IMG/VR virus record: IMGVR_UViG_2703718788_000009
Length of the DNA stretch: 13,879 nucleotides
Strand: one strand, 5' to 3'
Source of the DNA: a virus
Lineage: Duplodnaviria; Heunggongvirae; Uroviricota; Caudoviricetes
Under the pieces are notes generated by a model, which had not been told where the DNA came from, ran no database searches, and saw nothing but the letters and a program-made list of their open reading frames with translations. Position numbers and translations under genes: made by a program. The first letter of the stretch is position 1; the number at the start of each line of letters is the position of its first letter. Shown in pieces: positions 1 through 7,475 of the stretch.

Positions 1-120
1 AGCAAGCGCCATTATATTTTTGTGTGGTCTGTGGGGGATAAGTGCCCACTACATGGGAGTCCTTCCAGGACCTTAGCTAAAGCTAAGCCCGTTGGGTCTA
101 TGAAGCGTAAAGGTAAATGA
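1..120 (+). CDS. 3' part of a junction-spanning ORF (joins 13565..13858 if circular; 137 aa total); acidic N-terminal half, basic C-terminal tail; function unknown
   Basis: Frame of the 13565 ORF continues without a stop through positions 1..117 to TGA at 118..120, 1 nt before the ATG at 122. Not in the ORF track because it crosses the window edge. Confidence 0.4.
   Translation, partial: SKRHYIFVWSVGDKCPLHGSPSRTLAKAKPVGSMKRKGK
57..103. repeat. 47-bp repeat, copy A (two adjacent short palindromes: GTCCT-TCC-AGGAC and CTTAGCT-AA-AGCTAAG)
   Basis: About 44 of 47 nt identical to 4549..4595, including a 34-nt exact core 'gagtccttccaggaccttagctaaagctaagccc'. Confidence 0.85.
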
Positions 121-121
121 T

Positions 122-307
122 ATGAATACCTACGAAAAGATTTATCAAAAATTAAAAAGTGATAACAATGCTCCCGTCATCAAGGGCGGGGCTTCTTCCT
201 CTGGTGACCTCTCAATCGAAGAGCTTGCGGAGAAATATAATATTGATAAAGAGGCCCTGAAAAGGGCTATTTCATTATCAAAATCTTTAAGACAGGGCGA
301 GGTATAA
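122..307 (+). CDS. hypothetical 61-aa protein immediately upstream of the tape measure gene
   Basis: ORF with 'aaagg' 8 nt upstream of the ATG; its TAA stop is 1 nt before the ATG at 309, suggesting translational coupling. No recognisable motif. Confidence 0.5.
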   Translation: MNTYEKIYQKLKSDNNAPVIKGGASSSGDLSIEELAEKYNIDKEALKRAISLSKSLRQGEV

Positions 308-308
308 A

Positions 309-2438
309 ATGGCAATGAAGGAAGTCGCCAGACTAACAAACGTTATTTACTGGGATTCTGATAAATCCTCCTGGCGAAAAGAAGTTAAACGGCTTGAGGA
401 TTATAAAAAATCCTGGAAGAAAGCCACCGACGATATTGCTAAAGCTGATTTTAAGTCTAATCAGGCTGTGCTCAGAACACAAAGAACACGCGCTAAGGTG
501 GAAGAGCAGATCGCCAGAGCACAGAAGAAACAACGTGCTCAGGCTGTCAGCCGTCTGACCGGAGGCAATAATCCGGAGCTCTCCTCTATGCGCAAGTTCT
601 ATCAGCAGCAAGCCAGAGAAGCCGCCAGACAACAAAAACTGTTAGATCGTAGTGTTGGAGATGTTCAGCACAGAAAAGCACGTGTAGGGGCCAACAGTGC
701 ACGAATCAGCAGCATGTTTGATGGCTCTCTGGTTGCTCAGTTCCAATCCAGAATTCAGAGAGTTAATGCTGATTATGCTAAAGGGGCTATCAACCTGCAG
801 ACCTATAATCAGAAAATGGCCCGACTCAGAGCTGAAATGAAGATGGCATCTAGAGATGCCACCACCTTTCAAGGCAAGCTAGATAAACTGGCAGCAGGTG
901 CGAGCAAGGTGCATAACAATATCGGCAAGCTTAACAGTGCTTTAGGCAAGATAGCCATTGGCCTGACCGCTGCGGGATGGGGTATTCAGAGAGCTGTCAG
1001 CAGTGCTATGAGCGCTCAATCTGACCATAACTCAGCCTATTATGGTTTGCTTGCTCAGAACAAGGATGATAAAGCCAAGACTGACCAACAGATGGCTTTT
1101 ATCGACAGAATCTCTAACGATTATGGGATGGATCAGCGTGAGGCTGAAGGCGGCTTTATGCGCTTTGCTGCAGCCACACCGAACGTAAAAGAGGGTGATA
1201 AACAGGCTCTCTTTGAGGCTATGGCTATTAAAGGTCGCTCAGTGGGTGCTACTGCGGACCAACAGAACAGGGCTATCGTTGCACTAGGGCAGATCTATAG
1301 CAAGGGCGGTCGAGTGTATGCGGAAGAGCTTAAGGGCCAACTTTCTGAAGCCCTGGCAGGCTCTCAGGTAGATTTCACCCGTGCGGCTATCGATGCCGGA
1401 ATCATCAAGAAAGAGGAAGAATTTAATAAAGCCCTTGAAGATGGCAAGATCACCATGGACAAGCTTCTTCCCTCTCTGGTGAAAATTTGGGGTGCTGCAA
1501 AAGAAACTGACGCTTTTGCTAAATCCATGCAGCAGCCAGAGGTGGCACTGCAGAGAATGAGCAACCAGTTTTTTAAACTAAAGCAATCCTTTATGGGTGT
1601 TGTTGATCCAACTGATAACGTTATTACCCTTTCTGAATCCCTGATCTACATCTTCGAAGACTTATCATCAATTTTCAGCGGCTCAGGTGAAGATGCCAAA
1701 TCACTGGGGGTTATGCTGGGTGAGGCAATGGATACAGTTTACACCCGTGCAGTTTGGGCTATTTGGTGGATTAAGAAGATCGCTAAAGAAATCGGTGAGA
1801 TGTTCAATCTGACCGCACAGGATGCAGGAAGTTGGATAGGCACAATTGTTACCGCTATCATGGGCCTGAAGGTTGCTGGAAGCGTGGCAGGCATGGTGGG
1901 CGGCCTTATCTCTATGCTGTGGAAGCTTGGATCAGCGATCAAGGCTTTATTAGTTGGTGGCGGTGTTGGTGATATCAGCACTGGGGGCACACCAGGTAAG
2001 GGCAAACCAGGTAAAGGCGGTTTAATCGGGAAAGTAGGCAGACTGGGAAGGTTTGCAGGTCCGGCTGCAGTTATTGCTACCGGATTCGATATTGCTAATG
2101 GTCTGGATGCATACTGGCAGAATCCTGATAATCAGCGACAGGAAGGAGTTAAACACCCGGAATGGCTAACCAGCATAGTTAATGGTGCTTCTAGCTTCCT
2201 CGGCCTTGATTATCGTCTCGATGCAGGACGCTACATTACCAGACCAACACCGACGGGTGGAATGGCTATTCAGAATGGTGGCTATCAACCAGTTCAGGTA
2301 AATGTAGTTCCACAAGGTGAGATTTCCGGCAAATGGGAGATAACCATTGATGAGGGTGGAATTGCCAGGGTGATCCAGAAGGAAGTCAGCGATCAGTTGG
2401 ATTGGAAAGCCACACAGGAATCTAATCAGCTTTTCTAA
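309..2438 (+). CDS. phage tail tape measure protein (lambda gpH-like)
   Basis: 709-aa ORF with SD 'gaggt'. Charged, Ala/Gln/Lys-rich N-terminal half, two hydrophobic helices (WIGTIVTAIMGLKVAGSVAGMVGGLISMLW), then a Gly-rich segment (GGGVGDISTGGTPGKGKPGKGG). The segment EEFNKALEDGKIT resembles lambda gpH 'EELNKALKDGKIL', recalled from memory and not verified. Confidence 0.75.
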   Translation: MAMKEVARLTNVIYWDSDKSSWRKEVKRLEDYKKSWKKATDDIAKADFKSNQAVLRTQRTRAKVEEQIARAQKKQRAQAVSRLTGGNNPELSSMRKFYQQQAREAARQQKLLDRSVGDVQHRKARVGANSARISSMFDGSLVAQFQSRIQRVNADYAKGAINLQTYNQKMARLRAEMKMASRDATTFQGKLDKLAAGASKVHNNIGKLNSALGKIAIGLTAAGWGIQRAVSSAMSAQSDHNSAYYGLLAQNKDDKAKTDQQMAFIDRISNDYGMDQREAEGGFMRFAAATPNVKEGDKQALFEAMAIKGRSVGATADQQNRAIVALGQIYSKGGRVYAEELKGQLSEALAGSQVDFTRAAIDAGIIKKEEEFNKALEDGKITMDKLLPSLVKIWGAAKETDAFAKSMQQPEVALQRMSNQFFKLKQSFMGVVDPTDNVITLSESLIYIFEDLSSIFSGSGEDAKSLGVMLGEAMDTVYTRAVWAIWWIKKIAKEIGEMFNLTAQDAGSWIGTIVTAIMGLKVAGSVAGMVGGLISMLWKLGSAIKALLVGGGVGDISTGGTPGKGKPGKGGLIGKVGRLGRFAGPAAVIATGFDIANGLDAYWQNPDNQRQEGVKHPEWLTSIVNGASSFLGLDYRLDAGRYITRPTPTGGMAIQNGGYQPVQVNVVPQGEISGKWEITIDEGGIARVIQKEVSDQLDWKATQESNQLF

Positions 2439-2448
2439 TATTGTGATC

Positions 2449-2469
2449 TAAATCAATAAGTTAGCCTAA
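2449..2469. repeat. copy 1 of 20-bp repeat 'aaatcaataagttagcYtaa'
   Basis: Matches 8341..8360 at 19 of 20 positions; both copies lie downstream of the stop of a plus-strand gene. Confidence 0.7.
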
Positions 2470-2485
2470 CCGGATAAACTCCAGG

Positions 2486-2521
2486 CAAGAAAAAAGCCCC
2501 TAAGTGTTAACAAAGGGGCTC
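2486..2521. terminator. intrinsic terminator-like hairpin, strong on the minus strand, weaker on the plus strand
   Basis: Perfect 7-bp stem agcccct (2495..2501) / aggggct (2514..2520) with a 12-nt loop. The minus strand reads a U5 run after the stem; the plus strand is followed by a pyrimidine-rich 'cttctccggtatcctttt'. Confidence 0.5.
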
Positions 2522-2550
2522 TTCTCCGGTATCCTTTTGATGCGGGGCAA

Positions 2551-2598
2551 AACCTGCTAACAAAAATCAACCTCTCGCGAGACTAATGTTAGCAGGTT
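2551..2598. other. perfect 12-bp inverted repeat (aacctgctaaca / tgttagcaggtt) around a 24-nt loop that carries the 'caacctctcgc' motif
   Basis: Direct reverse-complement match within the ORF-free region between the convergent operons. Confidence 0.6.
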
Positions 2599-2939
2599 GC
2601 CGGAAGGTAAGTCAACTCCGGCCTATAAACCTTAAAGCGACTATAAAATTGCCCCGCCAATTGTGATGATCCGACCTTTGAGGCGGGTCCGGTGCCCAGG
2701 GGGTGCAGTGATGCACAAACCAGGCAACGATAAACAGGCTAACAGTGATAGCGGCGCTCAATCAGCGCACTAAATCCTAACCAGTCCGGGAAAGAGGCTG
2801 GCTCTATCGACCGCTCATGCACGGGACAATGCATACCTGATAAAGGATTCTCACAAGGGACCAATCGCGAGAAAAGAAGTGGAAAGGGGCTGATTTGTGG
2901 TGTATCACTACGGCCTCAAAAGAACACTATTGTCTTTTT

Positions 2940-3392
2940 TCAGCCTCTCCCAACATTTGACCAGTATTTGATTGCACCGATCAAATCATCATAGTGGCGC
3001 ATTGCATCATTGAAGCCTTTATAGCTTGCCCATTGTGGTGAAACTTTGTTATTGCTGAATTGCCCACTAATCAGGATAGTCTCCAAAATGTCGGCGTATC
3101 GCTTGCCAATTCGCTTTCTGACGGCCTCAGAGCTCCCACCCTTTACGATTGCATTAATCAGGGCTTTTGTGTGTCTCAGGCTCTCATAGAGCATTGCAGC
3201 GTGGGCAGATTCCATAAAGGAGCGCTTAGGCAGATCACCCCACCCCTCAGAATGGATAGCCGCCAGTGTGGCGTAATTCAGGCCGCTATAGTGTTTCCCG
3301 TCATCCCAGCCAACCGCTACACCTTCCATCTGTGAGAGCTCTTTATGCAGCTTATCCATCATGCGCTTGTCTATGGTGCAACGGACTTTCAT
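2940..3392 (-). CDS. hypothetical protein, possibly virion morphogenesis or head-tail joining
   Basis: 150-aa ORF whose ATG overlaps the upstream gene's stop in an ATGA arrangement (translational coupling). It is the last gene of the minus-strand structural operon. The functional guess rests on context only. Confidence 0.5.
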   Translation of the reverse strand: MKVRCTIDKRMMDKLHKELSQMEGVAVGWDDGKHYSGLNYATLAAIHSEGWGDLPKRSFMESAHAAMLYESLRHTKALINAIVKGGSSEAVRKRIGKRYADILETILISGQFSNNKVSPQWASYKGFNDAMRHYDDLIGAIKYWSNVGRG

Positions 3393-4168
3393 TTTGTAGC
3401 ATCCTTGGCAAACTTGGCCTGCCTTTGCTGTTTCCAGGCGCTATCAGCTGCGTCATAGTTGCCGCCGTTTTCCTCTAACAACGTGTTAAAATCTTTAGTC
3501 TTAGCCGATGGGGTGTTGGTTGAGTTCCCTACGTTGCTATTCTTCTCAGCACTGTTAACAGCACCCTTTTGCTGTGTTTTGTTCACCTTCTTGCTGTTAG
3601 TGAAGACTCCGGCATTTTCGACCATCTTCACCTTGAAGGTGCGGAATTCTTCAAAGGTGCAATCAATAGTGATGCAGTCACCAGAGGAAGAGCTACGCTT
3701 AACTTCACATTTCGTCATGATGAAGTTCTCAAGGAGTCCGGCATCTTCACTTACCAGGCTAACAAGCTGGCGCTTGTCTCTCATTTCCATAAGTGCCTGA
3801 ACAGCGGCGGCAGGGCGCATAGATTCACGGGGATTATCTGGATCAGTGTTCCGGTCAATGTAGTTCTCTTTCCGGATGATATGAGGAGAAGAGGTAACAA
3901 TACCCGTAAAGCTGACAGATTTATCTTTAATGACGGCATGGTCTGACATGGTGGTGCCATCCTCGACCGCATAGCTCGATTTCTCAACAGGGAACGAATA
4001 GCTGACATCAGAGATAGAGTCAAAGAAGATAGCCACGTTATCGGTATAGTTGAAGCCATCCATTATATTTTTGTTTTGTGAATATCCCCCACACATAACA
4101 GTGAATGCAGGAGATCTCGATTCAGCTTGTTTTGCAGCTGTCAGAGCATCACTAGCCATATTAAACAT
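3389..4168 (-). CDS. hypothetical protein, possibly a virion structural component
   Basis: 259-aa ORF. A GGAGG sits 1 nt before the first ATG and about 10 nt before the second ATG (4159), so the true start is probably 4159 (MASDALT...). Ser/Thr/Asn-rich, with a Lys/Asn-rich low-complexity C-terminus. Confidence 0.55.
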   Translation of the reverse strand: MFNMASDALTAAKQAESRSPAFTVMCGGYSQNKNIMDGFNYTDNVAIFFDSISDVSYSFPVEKSSYAVEDGTTMSDHAVIKDKSVSFTGIVTSSPHIIRKENYIDRNTDPDNPRESMRPAAAVQALMEMRDKRQLVSLVSEDAGLLENFIMTKCEVKRSSSSGDCITIDCTFEEFRTFKVKMVENAGVFTNSKKVNKTQQKGAVNSAEKNSNVGNSTNTPSAKTKDFNTLLEENGGNYDAADSAWKQQRQAKFAKDATK

Positions 4169-4264
4169 GCCTCCAAAATGAATCTTTTCGTTGCCCTGCT
4201 TAAAATCTGCAGAAAATACAGGGCAGTTATTCGTTAGAATCGCTTATAGCTCTTCCCGAGAGCG

Positions 4265-4525
4265 TTATTTTGCAAAACGATTATGGGCATTCAGGGCTTT
4301 TTTGCGGTCCTGGGCTTGTTTGCGTGCAATAAAATGTTCGAAAGTCTCGGCCCAGGTGCATTTATTATATTCACGGTATTTATGCATAGCCTGGCGGCTA
4401 ACGTCATAGCAGGCGGAAAATGTGGAGATACGCAGGAATTCCGGCAGATCCTCGTCATCGATATGGATAATATCAAAAGGCACGTCGTCACGGTCGCCGT
4501 ATAAAACAATTTTCATAAAAGACAC
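4265..4525 (-). CDS. hypothetical small acidic protein (about 83 aa from the ATG at 4516)
   Basis: The track start at 4525 is GTG; the ATG at 4516 has SD 'gaggtg' 6 nt upstream. First gene downstream of repeat copy B. Confidence 0.5.
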   Translation of the reverse strand: MSFMKIVLYGDRDDVPFDIIHIDDEDLPEFLRISTFSACYDVSRQAMHKYREYNKCTWAETFEHFIARKQAQDRKKALNAHNRFAK

Positions 4526-4548
4526 CTCAAAAACTTAAGACGGGGATT

Positions 4549-4595
4549 ATGAGTCCTTCCAGGACCTTAGCTAAAGCTAAGCCCTTTGGGTCTGT
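4549..4595. repeat. 47-bp repeat, copy B
   Basis: See copy A (57..103). Lies between the capsid-gene terminator and the next minus-strand gene. Confidence 0.85.
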
Positions 4596-4602
4596 GGATA
4601 AT

Positions 4603-4663
4603 AAAAAAGGGAAGAGGGAAAGACCTATCCCCGATCTCTCACCTCTTCCCTTTGCTTTTATTT
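4603..4663. terminator. bidirectional rho-independent terminator downstream of the capsid gene
   Basis: 9-bp stem gggaagagg (4609..4617) / cctcttccc (4642..4650) with a 24-nt loop; flanked by A6 (4603..4608, a U6 run on the minus strand) and 'tttgcttttattt' (4651..4663). Confidence 0.65.
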
Positions 4664-4679
4664 GGCCTTCGAAGAAGGT

Positions 4680-5729
4680 TTATTTAGCCTTGGCTTTTGC
4701 CAGAGCAGCGGCGGCGGCGTTTTTAACACTCACTTTAACCACAACTTCGGGCATCATGTTCATGAAAGCATAAGAGGATTCAACGAAGATTTCTCGTTTG
4801 GCTCTGGACTCTTCCATATACATGAAAGCTTCACGTGCAGCGCCGTTTGCAAGCTTCAGGTTGCGAGCGCAAGGGCCGAAAAATTGAGTATAAACGCCCA
4901 CCATATCGCCTAACGCATGCGGCTGGAACTGTGGGACCAGATAAGCAGTATTCTCTGGCAGACTATCCATTTGCACCACACGCAGAGCTAAGCCTGGAAT
5001 GCGGAAAGTCGGGAAGCCCGGCAGAATATCCTCAGGGAACATCAGACCTTTATCAGTGATATTCTGATTGCCGAACAACAGCACTTTTCGCAACAGTTCA
5101 TCAGTCTGAATTGCAGCAAAGAGCTCAGCACGGCAGAACAGGGTGAAACCACGCAGAGCGCGAACGACACCACGCTGTTTAACCTTGCTCAGCGCAACCA
5201 GGTCCTGCAGCTGTTTAAGGATATCTTTAGCTAAATCCACTTCTGAGGTGGTTTGCTGTGCGCCCAGCAGTTCGCACACATTCAGTTCTTTACCCTTGGT
5301 GAGGATAATTTTGTTCTCAAAGAGAGCAAGCTGGCGTGCTTCTTCATGGGTCTGGCGTAAGCCTTCACCAAGCTGAATAACACGACGAGCGGTTACAGAC
5401 TCTAAATTCTCTTCGGAATCTTTGCCCGGAACACGGATACCCTGCCAGTCAGAAGGATAAATAGCACTTGATGCGGCAGTGAATGCCATATCACCCGTGC
5501 CCGTTTCACGCTCATCTGCGGTAATGGTAGCCATCTGTTCACCGTAGCGCGGATACTGACCGAAAGCGGTTTGTTTCACCTGGCGAACTTTGTCATATTC
5601 AAATTTAAAGGTATTGCACAGAGCAGTAGTGTTGAAGATATCCATTGCTGAAATAATCTGGTTATCCAGCGGGATGTCTTTAATCAAGCCACACAGATCG
5701 CGGACTTCGAATTCTTTTTTCATCTCCAA
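4680..5729 (-). CDS. major capsid protein (lambda gpE-like)
   Basis: The likely start is the ATG at 5723 with AAGGAGG 6 nt upstream; the track start at 5729 is TTG. The segment SLPENTAYLV and the C-terminal 'REIFVESSYAFMNMMPEVVVKVSV' resemble lambda gpE 'FLPDNTMVLG' and 'REFTMIQSAPLMLLADPDEFVSV', recalled from memory. About 347 aa, preceded by a small beta-rich protein. Confidence 0.7.
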   Translation of the reverse strand: MEMKKEFEVRDLCGLIKDIPLDNQIISAMDIFNTTALCNTFKFEYDKVRQVKQTAFGQYPRYGEQMATITADERETGTGDMAFTAASSAIYPSDWQGIRVPGKDSEENLESVTARRVIQLGEGLRQTHEEARQLALFENKIILTKGKELNVCELLGAQQTTSEVDLAKDILKQLQDLVALSKVKQRGVVRALRGFTLFCRAELFAAIQTDELLRKVLLFGNQNITDKGLMFPEDILPGFPTFRIPGLALRVVQMDSLPENTAYLVPQFQPHALGDMVGVYTQFFGPCARNLKLANGAAREAFMYMEESRAKREIFVESSYAFMNMMPEVVVKVSVKNAAAAALAKAKAK

Positions 5730-5734
5730 CCTCC

Positions 5735-6070
5735 TTATTGTGCAACACGCAAATCGCCATTGCTGGCAGCGATAACAGCGGCTAAGCCTTCTTTATCCAC
5801 GTAGGCCGGATTGATATAACAGCCCTTGTTGGCAACAACGATAAAAGCATCACCAACCTCAGCACGTTCTACAACCAGCAGCGGAGTTTTACCGGTGTGC
5901 GTTGCTTTAACGAAGGTCTCAACCTCGCCAGCCTCAGTCACCACAACAACAGTGCCAGCCGGAATCTCAGCTTTAACTTTGTTTTTAATTTCAACGTCGC
6001 GAATACTAAATTGCTCATCTGCGGCGTATGAAATGATGTGTCCGCGTGTGCGGATAGTCATATCTCTCAT
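5735..6070 (-). CDS. putative head decoration or auxiliary capsid protein (by position)
   Basis: 111-aa ORF whose TAA stop overlaps the capsid gene's SD. Val/Thr/Gly-rich and beta-like. The assignment is positional (lambda D-E order), not from sequence identity. Confidence 0.45.
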   Translation of the reverse strand: MRDMTIRTRGHIISYAADEQFSIRDVEIKNKVKAEIPAGTVVVVTEAGEVETFVKATHTGKTPLLVVERAEVGDAFIVVANKGCYINPAYVDKEGLAAVIAASNGDLRVAQ

Positions 6071-6195
6071 TTGATCACCTGCGATTTAAATTAACTCCCC
6101 TCAAAGAGTTCCGGTATAACCTCTCAAACCACGACAGGCTCGGGCCGAAAAGTTATGCCGGAAATCTAAAGGGAAATTGATACAAGGAGAGGGAG

Positions 6196-6225
6196 ATAGC
6201 CCCGCACCGTCCAAGCGGGGGCTAT
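6196..6225. other. GC-rich stem-loop in the capsid-operon leader
   Basis: atagccccgc / gcgggggctat pairs as a roughly 10-bp stem with one bulge and a 9-nt loop. No U-tract on either strand, so not a classic terminator. Confidence 0.35.
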
Positions 6226-6548
6226 TCCACATGGGGAAACCGACAACAGTCGGATGATAGTTCACAGTATGGGTTACGGTTACTAGAGAGCACTATCACG
6301 AAAGGCACTCCCCCGAATCAGTTCAGGCTGCGGTCACATCAGCGGGGAAATACCTTTCGGGATAGCTACCCACACAGAAAACCCGCAAAAGAAAACTGTG
6401 TGGATAACTAGCCCAATAGGAGAATTAATCGACCACTCAACGATGATCAGGGTAGTGTTATTTATAAGGCGGCACCGCTACCTGGTCGCCTTTACTTTGG
6501 AGGAAAATACGGCAAATCACTTTCACCATTGATTTACGGTATATGTAT

Positions 6549-6577
6549 ATTATATCAGTATTCTCTCAAATTGTCAA
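6549..6577 (-). promoter_or_regulatory. perfect-consensus sigma70 promoter (TTGACA-N17-TATAAT) on the minus strand, directed at the capsid operon
   Basis: The reverse complement of 6549..6577 reads TTGACA atttgagagaatactga TATAAT, with an AT-rich stretch upstream. Predicted start near 6540, about 470 nt before the ATG at 6070. Confidence 0.6.
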
Positions 6578-6841
6578 CACCCTGATTATATAAATTCTAA
6601 TAATTAGCGTAGTAACGGTATTTTCAGACTGCTATCAATCCCATCAATACGTCACCCCCACCCTTTAGATGCATACATCCGACCTACTTTGTAGGCTTGG
6701 CGTACTGCCAAGGTCGAAGCTATGCGACTCATATCTATCACCACTTTATAAAGCTTGATAGATATCTTTTGATCAATATCAATGTTTTCCGGGGATTTAC
6801 CCGGCTATAGTTCGAATCAAGGAAGGGGAGCATTGATAGAG

Positions 6842-6890
6842 ACACCCAAAGGGGTGACTGAAAGTCACCTGGCATAGCCAGTGAAAGCAC
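6842..6890. repeat. 50-bp repeat, copy A (palindromes GGTGAC-N5-GTCACC and CTGGC-N3-GCCAG)
   Basis: About 42 of 49 positions match 12072..12120; lies about 45 bp upstream of the ATG at 6934. Confidence 0.8.
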
Positions 6891-6933
6891 CCAACCGAAC
6901 AAACAAATCAACTTCTCGCAAAAGGTGATAGTT

Positions 6934-7056
6934 ATGGGTATCAAGAACAGTGCCAGCGCATGGCAAAAGGCCAGGTTTCATCACCCACACATTGTTAAGG
7001 CAATTGAGGTGGTTGGAGTGTTAGCCCTGATGTTAGCTCTGTGTGTGGAGGTGTGA
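6934..7056 (+). CDS. small hydrophobic peptide (41 aa), first ORF of a plus-strand module
   Basis: ATG at 6934 with SD 'aaggtga'; MGIKNSASAWQKARFHHPHIVKAIEVVGVLALMLALCVEV, with a C-terminal transmembrane-like helix. A second 26-aa peptide (7058..7138) follows with SD GGAGG. Below the ORF-track threshold. Confidence 0.3.
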   Translation: MGIKNSASAWQKARFHHPHIVKAIEVVGVLALMLALCVEV

Positions 7057-7157
7057 GATGGGCAAAGGAGGCAAAGCATTTTTAATAGGTCTGGCAGTCT
7101 TAGATTTTGTATTAATCATCATTGAGCGGAGTTTATGAACAGCATTGAGAGGAGTTT

Positions 7158-7418
7158 ATGACGGGGGCTAAAGATATCAGGAGATTGAGGGAAGAGCTGA
7201 TAGCTGAAATTAAAGCTAAGGCAAAGCAAATGGAGATAGCCGCACAAATGGATGTAGCGGAACAGATGTACAAGATGGTTGAAGAGGGAACACCACGGCA
7301 GGTTATAGCAAAAACATTTGGTGTGGGGATCGCCACCGTGCACAGAAGGCTGAAAGCCTATGCCGACTACCACAATATCGAGAGAAAGGAGGATGGGAGA
7401 TTTAAGAAGAATAAATAG
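7158..7418 (+). CDS. small DNA-binding protein with a helix-turn-helix motif
   Basis: 86-aa ORF with SD 'gagagg'. The motif TPRQVIAKTFGVGIATVHRRLK looks like an HTH of the resolvase or IS3 OrfA type; the N-terminus looks coiled-coil. Confidence 0.6.
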   Translation: MTGAKDIRRLREELIAEIKAKAKQMEIAAQMDVAEQMYKMVEEGTPRQVIAKTFGVGIATVHRRLKAYADYHNIERKEDGRFKKNK

Positions 7419-7475
7419 TAGGAACAGTCCAACAGGTTATTAACTAAATTCAACTTCTCGCAAAGAGGTACCATT

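Noticed and set aside
101-122. Programmed frameshift (lambda G/GT-like) between the junction-spanning ORF and the 61-aa ORF
   Set aside because: The frames overlap by only 17 nt, reaching the second frame needs a +1 shift, and no canonical slippery heptamer is present.
333-2005. Four minus-strand track ORFs inside the tape measure gene (333..635, 642..872, 1364..1564, 1739..2005)
   Set aside because: Antisense shadow ORFs within a well-supported long CDS; no SDs.
3060-4059. Plus-strand track ORFs overlapping the 2940..4168 minus-strand genes
   Set aside because: Shadow frames of the coupled minus-strand CDSs. A single minus-strand ORF (3781..4059) is also an internal alternative frame.
4549-4773. 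Track ORF of 74 aa on the plus strand
   Set aside because: It spans the 47-bp repeat and the bidirectional terminator and runs antisense into the capsid gene. It is explained by those features.
4662-6074. Plus-strand track ORFs overlapping the capsid and decoration genes
   Set aside because: Antisense to CDSs that have strong SDs and recognisable capsid-like motifs.
6399-6407. Consensus DnaA box (reverse complement TTATCCACA)
   Set aside because: A single perfect 9-mer is expected by chance about once in a sequence this size, and no cluster of boxes accompanies it. I did not call it an origin.
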